Both the position numbers and the translations under genes were made by a program. The notes beneath the pieces were generated by a model. That model was not told the origin of the DNA, did not search any database, and saw nothing but the letters and a program-made list of their open reading frames with translations. Positions 12,131 to 26,540 of a stretch of DNA of 64,000 nucleotides are shown piece by piece. Every line of letters begins with the position of its first letter. Position 1 is the stretch's first letter. This DNA comes from Hemiscyllium ocellatum (lineage: Eukaryota). The stretch is from NCBI RefSeq assembly GCF_020745735.1, contig NC_083417.1:63364001-63428000 (forward strand), in the 5' to 3' direction.

Positions 12131-15100
12131 TCATTTCAGTAATCCAAACAAGTGCCCCAAGCCCAATGCTAGGTGTGAACCTAAACATGCTTAATTTAAT
12201 TATGTTAACTTAATCCTTATTATAAGGCATCGTGCTAACCCTGTCTTTAAAACTAAAGCACATGGCGTCATTGATGACATACACAACAGGGTAAGTGTTA
12301 GGGGTCTTGGTATCCTCAAGGCATAAGTTGGACGGGGTCAATATTCATTCACAGAGGGCCAACCTCCTCTTTCAACTATTATTCATCATGATATTGATAA
12401 AATTTTGTGCAATTATAGCATGTTAGAAAGTGGCATATTATTACTTTCAGACATAACAATTGGCAAATGCATTGTCATTGAAAGAAGCGAATGATCATGA
12501 ATCTGTATTTGCAAGAGCTTCTTACCATTGTGGTCTCTCCCCTGCTACATGTTGGTCTGTTGTAGACTAAATACTTGAGACTACTTTTCATGTCGTCTTG
12601 ACAACACCATTATGATGCAACTTTAAGGGCATTGCGAGGGCGTCGAGGTGGACTTTAATTTTTTTTTTGCCAAGAAACCTCCAATTGATAGAAATACAGA
12701 TAAAGCGCTATTTCACAAGCAGTCAGTCATACATTTGCATCTCATATTTATGAAGAATATCAAAACTTCTTTTGAATGGTTTCAGATAGAAATGAAAAAA
12801 AAATTGATCTGGACTTGAGCCATTGAGTTGAACTGACTTGTGAAATAAAATTATTTTTGCTTTATGAATGGGATATAGGTACCTATAGAACTCCATATTT
12901 GTTGTCCATCACAAGTCAACATTGCAGATTGTTGTGGGCTGACTCTTGAATGTTTCAGCAACTCTCCTGTCCTCATTCAGAGGAAGTTCAAGGATTTTGA
13001 TCCAGGAACAAGAGAAAGATCTGTAATGCAGGATGGTGTGCAGCTGGTTTGAGAGGACATGAAGATGGCCTGAGAGTTACAGATCAGTAGGACACAATGA
13101 AACAGCGATAGGTATGAATTTTATTGTATGTGATTGGATATCCTTGATTTCCAACCATAAATAATTCACAACTTCAGCGTCCTTTTCTGGGTTCAGCTTC
13201 TCTCTTCCCTTATCAGCTTTAAATCTGTATATATCGCGGATTCTTCTTGGTATATAATTTTTGATTTTTTATTTTGGAACTGGTCCACTTCAAGCTGCGT
13301 CATCCAGCTTGTAATCTCCATTGCTTTGAGAAGTCTATGGAAGTAATGTTTAAGATCACCTGTTAGTCCATTGTCACTTCCTGCCTAAGATAATCAAGGT
13401 TGTAAATAGAAGTTGTTATGAAATTTCTGCTCATTAGTTCCCAATTTGGCAATATTTCCTAAAGTAATGATCTCTCTCAACCAGAAAGACTAGAGCAATG
13501 GATGACTTGGGATGTCACCATTTCTGTACTAATTTGAAATTATACCACTCTCCCTTCCTTGTTGCTGGTCAAAGTAATCAACCCCCTTTCTCAATGGCAT
13601 TATCTTAGAATCCCTATTGTGTGGGAACAAGACCACGCCAATTCTCCAAAGAGCATCCCATCCAGACTCAACTCACTACACTATCCCCATAACTCTGTAT
13701 TGCCCATGGGTAATCCACCTAATTTACGAATCCTTATATATGGGCCGATGGTAGATGGTAGGAAAGAGACTGAACCTAGTTTTGGCTCTATTACATTTGG
13801 AAATGTTTATATCCAACTACACTGATTATTATTGGCATGAATTGTAAGTACTTGGCTTTTTATAATTGAATTTTATAATACAGAAATCGATGATCTCTTA
13901 GCAGTTTGAGTTCTAAGGAAGAGTAATTTTCCTAGCAGAAAAGCAGTAATTTGGTTTTGTCTTTTTCAGTCCAAGCTGTCAGACCTGCAAATAAGCCTAA
14001 AAATGCTTTAAGTAGGCCGGACTTTTCTTAACGTTCAGTCCGAAAACCAGCTTCTGTTCATTTCATGCAGTGAATTAATGAGGAGAACCACAAAGAGAAA
14101 TGTACTGGATTTCATCCGTTCGGCCAGAAACATAGATATTAAGATTAGAATGATAGTTTGCTGTCATTGCGGTTATTGCTGGGAAGAGGGTTGAAACTTC
14201 CATTTTGCCATTTATATAAAGATCATTTTAAGTTGCGACACATATTTTGGGTTTGCGTTTTTCTATATTAAGCATGTGCTTTTTTGTAAAAGGATCATTG
14301 GACATCTCATATGTTCAGTAGTGAACACAATTATGAAACCTGAAATATAAAACTGAGGATCTATCCAACCAAGTTTGATATTGAGATCTGAATTTTACAG
14401 TGTTACTGTCAGCTGTTATCATTTCAGTAATCCAAACAAGTGCCCCAAACCTAATGCTAGGTGTGAACCTAAACATGCTTAATTTAATTATGTTAACTTA
14501 ATCCTTATTATAAGGCATCGTGCTAACCCTGTCTTTAAAACTAAAGCACATGGCGTCATTGATGACATACACAACAGGGTAAGTGTTAGGGGTCTTGGTA
14601 TCCTCAAGGCATAAGTTGGACGGGGTCAATATTCATTCACAGAGGGCCAACCTCCTCTTTCAACTATTATTCATCATGATATTGATAAAATTTTGTGCAA
14701 TTATAGCATGTTAGAATGTGGCATATTATTACTTTCAGACATAATAATTGGCAAATGCATTGTCATTGAAAGAAGCGAATGATCATGAATCTGTATTTGC
14801 AAGAGCTTCTTACCATTGTGGTCTCTCCCCTGCTACATGTTGGTCTGTTGTAGACTAAATACTTGAGACTACTTTTCATGTCGTCTTGACAACACCATTA
14901 TGATGCAACTTTAAGGGCATTGCGAGGGCGTCGAGATGGACTTTAAATTTTTTTTGCCAAGAAACCTCCAATTGATAGAAGTACAGATAAAGCGCTATTT
15001 CACAAGCAGTCAGTCATACATTTGCATCTCATATTTATGAAGAATATGAAAACTTCTTTTGAATGGTTACAGATAGAAATGAAAAAAAAATTGATCTGGA

Positions 15101-16154
15101 CTTGAGCCATTGAGTTGAACTGACTTGTGAAAATCATGGATCGCCCAGATAATAACTACAAAGACTTCTCATTATTATTTTATCCATTCCATTAGTGTCG
15201 GATATGGTTTACTAGATTTTGCAGAATGCTGGAAAATAGTTGAATTCCTTCTTAACAAGAGATATAAAAAAATATTTTTGCTTTATGAATGGGGTATAGG
15301 TACCTATAGAACTCAATATTTGTTATCCATCACAAGTCAACATTGCAGATTGTTGTGGGCTGACTCTTGAATGTTTCAGCAACTCCCATGTCCTCGTTCA
15401 GAGGAAGTTCAAGGATTTTGATCCAGGAACAAGTGAACGATCTGTAATGCAGGATGGTGTGCAGCTGGTTTGAGAGGACATGAAGATGGCCTGAGAGTTA
15501 CAGATCAGTAGGACACAATGAAACAGCGATAGGTATGAATTTTATTGTATGTGATTGGATATCCTTGATTTCCAACCATAAATAATTCACAACTTCAGCG
15601 TCCTTTTCTGGGTTCAGCTTCTCTCTTCCCTTATCAGCTTTAAATCTGTATATATCGCGGATTCTTCTTGGTATATAATTTTTGATTTTTTATTTTGGAA
15701 CTGGTCCACTTCAAGTTGCGTCATCCTGCTTGTAATCTCCATTGCTTTGAGAAGTCTATGGAAGTAATGTTTAAGATCACCTGTTAGTCCATTGTCACTT
15801 CCTGCCTAAGATAATCAAGGTTGTAAATAGAAGTTGTTATGAAATTTCTGCTCATTAGTTCCCAATTTGGCAATATTTCCTAAAGTAATGATCTCTCTCA
15901 ACCAGAAAGACTAGAGCAATGGATGACTTGGGATGTCACCATTTCTGTACTAATTTGAAATTATACCACTCTCCCTTCCTTGTTGCTGGTCAAAGTAATC
16001 AACCCCCTTTCTCAATGGCATTATCTTAGAATCCCTATTGTGTGGGAACAAGACCACGCCAATTCTCCAAAGAGCATCCCACCCAGACTCAACTCACTAC
16101 ACTATCCCCATAACTCTGTATTGCCCATGGGTAATCCACCTAATTTTCGAATCC
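11446..16154. repeat. Direct tandem duplication: unit 1 11446-13733, unit 2 13734-16154
   Basis: Near-identical units both starting ttatatatgggccgatgg; unit 2 carries about 134 extra bp near 15131-15265. Confidence 0.95.
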
Positions 16155-16350
16155 CTGGACTCTATGGGCAATTTAGCACGGCCAATCCACCTAACCTACA
16201 AATGTTTGGACTGTGGGAGGAAACGGGAGCACCATACAGACATGGGGAAATGAGCAAGCTCCACTGTCTCAGTTGCCCAAGGCTTGGTTTGAACCCGGAT
16301 CCCTGACACTGTCAGGCAGCACTGCTAACCCATGAGACACTATGCCACCC
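16085..16350 (-). mobile_element. HE1-like V-SINE crossing the right duplication boundary
   Basis: ggcaatttagcacggccaatccacctaacc..ttggactgtgggaggaaac..tttgaacccgg..actgctaacc is the reverse complement of the SINE type at 58095. Confidence 0.75.
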
Positions 16351-17024
16351 CACATGCACCAACGCCACATGGACTGCAATTGTTCAAGAAGGCAACTCAC
16401 CATCGACTTCTGAAGATCAATTGGGTTGAGCAAGAAGTGTTGGCCTTGTCAGTGATACCCACATGCCATGGGAAATAACTTTAAACTGGCAAAATTTACA
16501 GATACTAAAGACAACATATATTCGATCAAATCTAAAGGTTTTTCTTGATTAACTCATTCAGCCCCACTTCCTAATTTGAACACTGTAGCCCTGCAGATTT
16601 ATTTTCAAGTACCTACTCAATTTCGTTTTGAAATCATTAATGGTGTCTGCTTTCACTGTCCTAATGAGTTATATGTTCCAGGCCAATATCACTCACGTTA
16701 AACAGTGCTTCCTTACATTTCCTTTTCATTTCTGAGCCAAACCTATAATCTGTGTTCCCTAGACTTTGGGTTTATTAATGGGAAACATTTCTCTTTGTCT
16801 ATCCTCTCTAAACCTATCATAATGTTGTATGCCTGCATTATGACATATCCTCAATAGGCTTTTGTCGAGGTCAACACTCCCAGCATTCCAAGTATCATCG
16901 ATTTACCATTTCCAAGCTGAAGAACAATCCTCTTATATTTCATGTGAAGTCACTCAAGAGCCCACTTTTCCTAAATGTTGATGACCACAACTGCATTCAG
17001 TATTCAATTTGTTATCTCAGTCTA

Positions 17025-17190
17025 GATTAGAGTGGTGCTGGAAAAGCACAGCAGTTCAGGCAGCATCCGAGGAGCAGTAAAATCGACGTTTCAGGCAAAA
17101 GCATGACATAGTGCCCGAAGAATCGATTTTACTGCTCCTCGGATGCTGCCTGAACTGCTGTGATTTTCCAGCACCACTCTATTCTCGACT
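17025..17190. repeat. Penelope pLTR-derived foldback (inverted arms of about 58 bp)
   Basis: agagtggtgctggaaaagcacagcagttcaggcagcatccgaggagcagtaaaatcga at about 17027-17085 and its reverse complement at about 17122-17180. Confidence 0.85.
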
Positions 17191-17749
17191 CTGGTTTCCA
17201 TCATCTGCAGTCATTGTTTTTACCAAGTTGTTATCTAATCAAATTTATAAGGCTTCAACATTACTTCCTTACTTTAGTACACAGTGCCTCTATTTATGAA
17301 TTTCGAGAAAGTATATGGTGTGGCAACTTTACTTTTAGTTTTTGCCACATTAAATATTAATTCAGGAGCACCTTCAGCTCTCCTCCGTCTCGTACTCTCT
17401 TCAGAAAGTTACCAGTCAGACTATGCTGCTTCTCCTTACCCATACTCGAAAATTCATTATCTCCACTTTGCTAAATTACACATGCCACTAACTTGTCCAT
17501 ATCCTGTTATAATCCATTTTTCTATCATCGTGGTGCTGCTACTTTGACTTCATCAGCAAATTTTGAAATTTGATTCTGTAATCCAGTATCTACGTCTTTA
17601 AATACAACAACAAAAATATGTTATTGACTGATTTATTTCACTGGTTTGGTTCCGGTCAGTGTTTCGATCTTCTTCCTCTTCATATTGTGTTGTTGTTCTG
17701 GTTAAATGTTGACGTTAAAGGTATTTGTTTGTCATTGTAACCGATTAAA

Positions 17750-20700
17750 ATAAGCAGGCTAATGCTTAAATGAAAATAGCAAGCAGAAAAATGTCATATA
17801 GACGTTTAATTTCTTTACTTATCTGCAGTTAGTCTATTCTGCTTGCAGAATCGATCATTCTTGGTGGAATATGTCTTTGTTGAGATTTTAAATGTGTTGC
17901 ACTGCTTTTCATAATCTTTTCATTTGAAATAACTTCCCAGTTCAACTTATCCAAACCTGTCTTAGCAATTTTGCAAGTGTCTTTTAGTTAAGTTTCAGAC
18001 ACAGGTTTTAGATAGAAGATTCTCATTTTCAAACCAAATGTGAAAATTCTTTATGGTATGATCACTTTCTGAGGTGGTTCGTTTATTGCAACATTATCAA
18101 ACAACTTTTCTCATTCAATATGACGTGTACTAATTTAATCTGTTCCACAAAGTATTGTTTTTAGAAACTGTCATGAATACATCCCATGAACTGCTTCTGA
18201 AATCAAGTAACCCCTCGTACTTTGCAATTTCAGACAAGAAAAATTAATTTACTCAGCCTGTCATCAATGGACACCCACTTCATCTCAGGGACAATTTACG
18301 GTAGGCTCACCATGCAGTCTCCAATATGAATACACCCTACATTAAACCAAAAGCAAATAAATGGAGAGTCTGGAAACCTGAAACAAAAACAGAAATTGCT
18401 GCAGAAACTCAGCAGATCTGACTGCATCTGTGGAGAGAAAGCGCAGTTAGCATTTGAGTCCAGCGACCCTTTTCCAGAAGTGTTTCACCAGAAATTTCTG
18501 TTTTTGTTTCGTCCTTCTTTAAACTTTTAAAGCAAAGTGCACACAATCTCCAGGAGTTATGTCACCAAAGCCTGGCACAACTGGAGCAAGATTTCTTTAT
18601 TTCTTTTGCTCCAAGCCTCTCAGAATAAAAAAAACACTATGTCATTAATCTTCCTAATGAGTTACTCTACCTGCATACTGACTTTCTTTGTTGCTTGTGG
18701 AACTATACCCACACGTGTCTGAGCATCAGATTTTCACCTGCCAAATTAAGGTATCCATTTCAATTCACAGCAAAATCACCAACAACTATTGCAGTACTTT
18801 TTATCCTATTCATGGTATTTCTTGACTTCTTTCAAATTAGCTGCTGATCGATGGACTATAAACTATGTCCACTTGCAACTTCTTCTCCTTGTTATTTCTT
18901 ATCTCATTCTCACAATTATTGCATATTTATATTCTCATCAAAAGTAATGTATCATGATTGTACTGATCAATATTTTTTCGCTTTGATTCTCATCCTATGG
19001 TAATGTCACACACTCTTTCAAATTCGATATCCTTGTAAATATGTCTCTGCATTGACTATCAAATCATAGCAGTTTTCTTGCATTCATGTGATCAATTCAT
19101 CAAGCCCGTTACAAACTCTGTCTACTTTCAACTGAGGAGCCTTCAATCTGACTGTATGTTTTCATCTCGCTTTGCATAATCAGAAAATTGAAATATGCAC
19201 TCTCTGTCTTGAATTATTTGAATAGGTTTGAAATACGTCACATTCTTGCATGCAGTAATATCAGTCTTCCAATGTTAAAAGGTTTTGTTTGAGCACACTC
19301 TTTGCTTCGTATTTGTTAAACAATTCTCTATCAATGTGAATGCAATATTCTGAACTCAAGTTCTTGGCTGTCACGTGACCTTTTGGAATTCCATTTGGAA
19401 ACACCTAAACACGATAATTTGTGATTTCCCTGTCTTCTCCTTTGCAACACGAAACCTCCAGACACTTTAAAATATTTGTCAAACATAGTATCTCTTTTGT
19501 CAAACTGTGCTGACTTATTCTAATCATACACCAAATTTCTAACTGATTTGTTTATACCGTAATAATATATTCTGGATTTTTTTATAAGAAACGAGGCTGA
19601 TCTTAATGCCCTGCAATTCCGATTCCATTTTATTTTTCCTTGAATGTGTGATTGCATTTTTCATTTCTCAATCTGATGTGAGTGGCTTTGGAAATAAGGA
19701 ATTATGTTTGAAAATAGCTTGGATAGATTTCTTCATTGCTTGTGAAAATTTCTGCATCTGCATTACCAATATTGACTTTAGCAAGTTCCTTTCTTTTTGT
19801 ATACTTAATAATGCTCTTACGACCTGTTTTTATATTTTTTGCTATTTTAGTTTTATTTGTTTCCATTTTACCAACTTTTCGATGCTTCCCTCTTACTTAT
19901 TGAGTCACCCCCGCTTCTCTGTTGATTTCCATTCTTTGCAAAATACAAGCCTCTTGAAAAATTTTAAACCATGTTTGTCTTTCTGAGTGAGCCGTGGATA
20001 ATATTTCTTGTTGAGTTTTTATTATTCAATTCATTAAATTGTGATTTTGAATCCTACCTACTATGCATAATATCGGCTTAGTATTATTTAAATTATATAA
20101 TCATCTGTTTCCACCTCATTGCAACGTATTGATTTGGATGAAGTTTGTGATTCTTGTCCGTGGCTACAATTATGAATCCTACCATGGAATTTAATGGAAT
20201 TTATTTACACTATTTCCCAGCAGACATTCCAATGGTAGTGCTACTTAATGATTCCTCGTTAGACAACATTAAATCTATAATAACTTCATTCAGAGGCAGT
20301 TGTAATATATATTTCTGCCTGAAACTATCACAAAAATAAATTCTCGAAACTACTGTTCCAGATCATCCTGAGCAATTCAATTGACGCTGCATATGTAAAG
20401 ATTACATTCACCCAGTATAAATGCATTTCCTTTATGACAAGCTCAAAAGTGTTAGCTCAATGCTTGGTCCACAGTACACTTTCTGTTATGAGTCCGACAA
20501 ACTGCTCCTGCTATCAGTCTCTGACTCCTGATATTTCCATTTACCGCAGAGAGTGAGTCTGTTTCGTGATTTTCTTACTTATTTTGTTACATTATCCTTT
20601 ATGATCAGAGACACCCTTCTCTTTTATGACTCCGAACTCCTTTTAAAATGTGTGTACCCTGGAATGTTTATTTCTCAATCTTCCTCGCCTTGTAGTAATA

Positions 20701-21400
20701 TCTCAGTTGTAGTGCTCAAGTCAATTCCATTTGCAGTCCCTATATTTGTGCAACTAACATGTATATTTTCTTGAAGATGCGTCATGCATTTAGAAGAATA
20801 GAATCTTTAATTTCACTGTTTTACTTCTCATTCTTCCAATGACTTTATTCACAGATGAAGCACTAATTCTAAACCCATAGTCCCATACAGCTGTTTTTTT
20901 TTCTACCTACTCCACTGTATTGTTCTCATGCCTCAATATCTTATTCTATCTCTCTGGATTGCTAAAATCTTGCTTCACCGTATTCCTGTCACTAGTATAC
21001 CTGATTACAGCTATCGTTACAGCTTTATCCGGGGCACTGGTCCCACTAGTGTAAGTAGTGCCCACCAAAATTAAATTGCTTTGTGTTTGCCAAATAATCA
21101 ACACCCTCCCTTGTTGCAACAGCATCATTTGAGCCATGTGTTGAAGTCTCTCGTCTGAACTACCCTTTGCCAACAGTCGCCTGGCTTAGGTTACAATCGA
21201 AAAGATTATAACTTTTTGATTTAGGCATTTACTGCTAAAACTCTGAAAGCATAACATCTTTCCTTGTTACACATATGTCATTGGTTCCCCTGGCAACTAG
21301 ATTCTCCCCTCTCACTCCAGATTCCTTCTCAATCATGAGGTGATGTCCTCAATCTTAGAACCAGGCAGATAGCACAGCATTTGGAGCTCGAAGGGTCAAC
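17750..21400 (-). mobile_element. Old, heavily eroded CR1-like LINE
   Basis: Scattered reverse-strand ORF1 and ORF2-like motifs, no long ORF; boundaries approximate. Confidence 0.4.
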
Positions 21401-22085
21401 TGGTAATGGGGATAATAATTTCCCAGTTTGTTCTGTACAAATGTTTCAATTTAGCTACTTGGCACGTGTAAATATCTTATTTTTGAATGAATTTCAATTA
21501 TGATGGTTCAGAATCAGAAGTTTCTCCTTTTTAGTTTATCTGGCCGAAGGCAGGTCCAAGTTAATTACCAAAGCACAGCAAAATGCTGTGATTATTTATG
21601 AAACTATGGGCAAGGCTAGGAAGTTAATGTTGAGTTTACCCCATTCTGAATCCATACACATGAAAAATATAACAACCAGAAAAGAGTGCAATGGTCATTT
21701 TGGAATGGTGTCTGGGATGAAGACCTTCAGTCATTCTGGGTAGATTAGACAACTTTTGATTGTTTTCCACAGGGCAGTCACAGACAAGGGAAGATTTCTT
21801 AAAGTTGCTCACAATTATGAGAGGTTTTAATAAAGAAAGTAAAATATGTTTTCAGGTGTGGGTCTGTCAGTAACCAGACGATACATTTATGATTGCTAAT
21901 AGAACAAGCCTGGGAAGATGACGATTTACGGAGACTTCTACTCGAGTTTGAAATGCAGTTCCTGAATATCTGGTAGAAGCAGAGTCAATGGAAGATTTAA
22001 AAATGAAGTGGAGATTTCCTCATAAATAAAGAAACACAAGTTCAAGGACAAAATGTGAGGAACTGGGCTGATTGAATATTTGTTT

Positions 22086-22121
22086 TTAATGACTGAAAGA
22101 GCCGTAATAGCCCCCTTCAGT
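22086..22121 (-). CDS. Alternative candidate short terminal exon of gene A (TEGGYYGSFSH*)
   Basis: Phase-0 acceptor atttacag, 90-nt intron after exon 5, stop TAA overlapping ATTAAA. Weak pyrimidine tract. Confidence 0.2.
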   Translation of the reverse strand, partial: TEGGYYGSFSH

Positions 22122-22211
22122 CTGTAAATGAATCAACTTTCCCAGATTATTGCAATACATCTTGCTATTCCTTCCTAACTGGTTTTCTCTGAAGAAAGAT
22201 TGTCACCCTAC

Positions 22212-22255
22212 CGGCTGTTGAGCTTCATCCTCTACCACAGCATGTCTCCTAACAC
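22212..22255 (-). CDS. Gene A exon 5: first cytoplasmic exon (G)VRRHAVVEDEAQQP
   Basis: Acceptor ctttcctttag, donor GTAGGG, 44 nt phase 1/0, matching B exon 5 in geometry. Confidence 0.72.
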
Positions 22256-22789
22256 CTAAAGGAAAGACGAGATCCCTAAGTTAAATTCAAATTACGAAAA
22301 AAAACCCACAAATGTAATCACAAATATATACATATTTTGCCACTTATTCAGATGAAGTTCACTCGATTGACACCTGGATTGAGTGGGTTGTCTTATGTGG
22401 ATCAGTTGGATGGACAAGGCTTCTTTCCATTGGGGTTTGGAAGAAAGAGGTGTAACTTTATTGCATGTATCAAATCGTGAAACATTTTGACAAGGTGGAT
22501 ATAGGGAGAATGTTATCATATGAGTGAATCCTGAACCATGGTATACAATTTACCAATTGAAGGTTATCCTTTGTGGACAGAGATATGGAGGCTTTTCTGT
22601 TTTCTGAGAAGATTGTACCAGTTTGGAAATCTCTGCTCCTGAATATGGTGGTGGTCGCATGATTAAGTATTTAAAGACAAATTTACTTAGATTCTTGTTT
22701 GACAAGGGGAACGAAATTTTACTTGTGGATAGTTGGGAATGTGGAATTACAAGCATTAACTGCTTTACCACAACTTTATTGAATGATGG

Positions 22790-25700
22790 AACATAGAACA
22801 TAGAACAATATAGCACAGAACAGGCCCTTTGGCCCACGATGTTGTGCTGAACATTTGTTCTAGCTTAAGCACCTATCCATGTACCGATCCAATTGCCGCT
22901 TAAAGGTCACCAATAATTTGACTCTGCCACTTCCACAGGCAATGCATTGCATGCCCCCTCCACTCTCTGGGTAACGAACCTACCCCTGACATCCCCCCAA
23001 TTCCTTCCACCCTTCACCTTAAATTTATGTCCCCTTGTAACACTTTGTTGTACCTGGGGAAAAAGTCCCTGACTGTCTACTGTATCTATTCTCCCGATCT
23101 TCTTATAAACCTCTATCAAGTCACCCCTCATCCTTCTCCGTTCCAATGAGAAATGGCCTAGCACTCTCAACCTCTCCTCGTATGACGTATTTTGCATTCC
23201 AGATAACATCCTGGTAAATCTCCTCAGCACCCTTTTCAAAGCATCCACATATTTCCTTAAGTGAGGCGACCAGAACTCCTCACAGTACTCCAAATGTGGC
23301 CTTACCAAGATCCTGTATAGCTGCAACATCACCTCACGACTCTTGAATTCAATCCCTCTGATAATGAACACGAATAAACCATAGGCCTTCTTACAAGCTC
23401 TATCCACCTGAGTGGTAACTTTCAAAGAGCTATGAACATAGACCCCAAGATCCCTCTGCTCCTCCACCTTACTAAGAACCCTACGGTTAACCCTGCATTC
23501 CATATTACTTATTTGTCCTTCCAAAATGGACAACCTCACACTTGACAGGGTTGAACTCCATCTGCCACTCGTCAGCCCAGCTCTGCATCATATCTAAGTC
23601 CCTTTGCAGCCGACAACAGTCCTCCTCACTACCCACAACTCCACCAATCTTCATATCATCTGCAAATTTACTGACTCACCCTTCGACTCCCTCTTCGAAG
23701 CCATTAATAAAAATTACAAACAGCAGAGGACCCAGAACTGATCCCTGCGGAACTCCACTTGTAACTGGGCTCCAGGCTGATTATTTACCATCTACCACTA
23801 CTCTCTGACTTCGACTGGTTTGCCAGTTCTCCATCCAACTGGCCAAATTTCCCACTATCCCATGCATCCTAACTTTCTGCATAAGCCTACCATGGGAACC
23901 TTATCAAATGCCTTACTAAAATCCATGAACACAACATCCACTGCTCTACCCTCATTCACATGCTTGGTCACCTCTTCAAAGAATTCAATAAGACTTGTAA
24001 GGCAAAACCTACCCCTCACAAATCTGTGCTGGCCGTCCCTAATCAAGCAGTACCTTTCCAGATACTCATAAATCCTATCCCTCAGTACCATTTTCATTAC
24101 TTTGCCTACCACCGAAGTAAGACTAACTGGCCTGTAATTCATGGGGTTATCCTTACTCCCTTTTTTGAATAGGGGCACAACATTCGCCACTCTCCAGTCC
24201 CCTGGTACCACCCTCATTGACAGTGAAGACGAAAAGATCATTGCCAACGGCTCTGCAATTTCCTCTCTTGCTTCCCACATAATCCTAGGATATATCCCAC
24301 CAAGCCTGGGGGACTTGTCTATCTTCAAGTTTTTCAAAATTCCCAACACATCTTCCTTCCTAACAATTATCTCCTCTAGCTTACCAGTCCGTTTCATACT
24401 CTCCTCTTCAACAATACGGTCCCTCTCATTTGTAAATACTGAAGAAAAGTACTCATTCAAGACCTCTCCTATCTCTTCCGACTCAATACACAGTCTCCCA
24501 CTACTGTCCTTGATTGGACCTACCCTCGTTCTCGTCATTCTCATGCTTCTTACACAGGCATAAAAGGCCTTGGGGTTGTCCTTGATCCTACCCGCCAAAG
24601 ATTTTTCATGCCCTCTCTTAGCTCTCCTAATCCTTCAGCTCCCTCCCGGCTATCCTGTATCCCTCAAACGCTCTGTCTAAACCTTGTTTCCTCAACCTTA
24701 TATAAGCCTCCTTCTTCCTCTTTACGAGACAGTCAATCTTCTTCGTCAACCAAGGTTCCCTCACACGGGCATCTCTTTCCTGCCTGACAGGTACGTACAT
24801 ATTAAGGACACGTCATTTCTGTTCCTTGAAAAAGTTCCACATTTCAACCACATCCTTCCCTGACAGCCTATGCTCCCAACTTATGCTCCTCAGATCCTGT
24901 CTTGCAGCATCGTATTTACAATTCCCCCAATTGTAAAACCTACCCTGTTGCACGCACTTATCTCTCTCCATAATCAAGGTGAAAGTCACAGAATTGTGGT
25001 CACCCTAACCAAAATGCTCACCCACTAACAAGCTCATCACATGTCCCGGTTCGTTACCAAGTACCAAATCTAATATGGCCTCCACTCTGGTCGGACAACC
25101 TACATAGTGAGTTAGAAAAGCTTCCTGGACACACTGCAGAAAAACATCCCTCCGATCTACTTGATCTAAAGAGCTTCCAATCAATATTTGGGAGGTTGAA
25201 ATCGCCCATGACGACTACCCTGTGGCTTCTGCATCTTTCCAAAATCGATTTCCCAATCTGTTTCTCCACATCTCTGCTGCTATTGGGGGGCCTATAGTAA
25301 ACACCCAACAAGGCGACTGCTCCTTTCATATTTCTGACTTCAGCCCATACTACCTCCAAAGGCAGATCCCTCTCGAACTGCCTTTCTGCAGCTATTATGC
25401 CATTTCTAAGTAGCAACGCCACAACCCCTCCTTTTTTACCACCCTCCCTAGTCTTACTGAAACACCTGTAACCAGGAACCTCCAACAACCATTTCTGTCC
25501 CTCTTCTATCCACGTTTCCGTGATGGCCACAACATTATAGTCCCAAGTACCGATTCACGCTTTAAGTTCACCCACCTTATTTCTGATACTCCTTGCGCTG
25601 AAGTATACACACTTGAACCCATCTCTGTCTCTGCAAATATTCCCTGTCAGTGCTACCTTCTCCACAGCCTCCCTACGTTCTTGGAAATCCTGAAAAACAG

Positions 25701-26540
25701 CTAACCTGATTGCTGGAGTACATGTCCAGATCTCATCTCCCTGCCAAATTAGTTTAACCCCCCCCCCCCCCCACCCGAAGAGTGCTAGCAAACCTACCTC
25801 CCAGGATATTGGTGCCCTTCTGGTTCAGGTGCAACCCGTCCTGTTTGTACAGGTCCAACCTTCCCCAGAATGCAGTTCAATTTTGCAAATACCTGAAGCC
25901 CTGCCTCCTACACCATCCTTGTAGCCACGTATTCAACTGTATTCTCTCCCTAATCCTTGCCTCACTGTCACCGGCAACAACCCGGAGATGACAACTCTGT
26001 CCGTCCTAGCTTTTAGCTTCCAGCCTAACTCCCTGAGCTCCTGAATGACCTCCCCACCCCTCTTCCTACCTATGTCGTTGGTGCCAATGTGCACCACGAC
26101 TTCTGGCTGCACACCCTCTCCCTTAAGGATTCTGAAGACACCGTCCAAGATGTCTCGGACCTGGCACCCAGAAGGCAACAAACCATCCGAGAGTCTCGCC
26201 CATGTCCACAGAACCACCTGTCTGTCCCTCTAACTGTAGAGTATCCTATAACTGACACTCTTCTCCTCTCCCCCTTTCCCTTCTGAGCCTCAGAGCCGGA
26301 CCTCGTGCTAGAGATCAGGTCACTGCAGCTTACCCCTGCTAGCACCCCCTCCCCCCACCATTATCCAAAGTGGTATACTTATTGTTGAGGGAAACGACCA
26401 CAGGGGATCCCTGCACTGCCTGCTTCCTCCCCTTCCCACTTCTGTTCTCTGGCGTAACTATGTCCCTGTAGCTTCTATCTATCACCCTCTCAGCCTCTGG
26501 AATAATTCTCAGTTCATCCAACTCCAGCTCCCTGGAATTG
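22790..26540 (-). mobile_element. Near full-length CR1 LINE (ORF1 esterase, ORF2 endonuclease-RT) in gene A intron 4
   Basis: ORF1 ..MVCCLLGAR..VVVHIGTNDIG..; APE AITETW..YYRPP..MGDFN; RT ..NYRPVSLTSVVGK..DFSKAFDKV..; (ttctatg)n tail at 22790. Multiple frameshifts. Confidence 0.93.
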
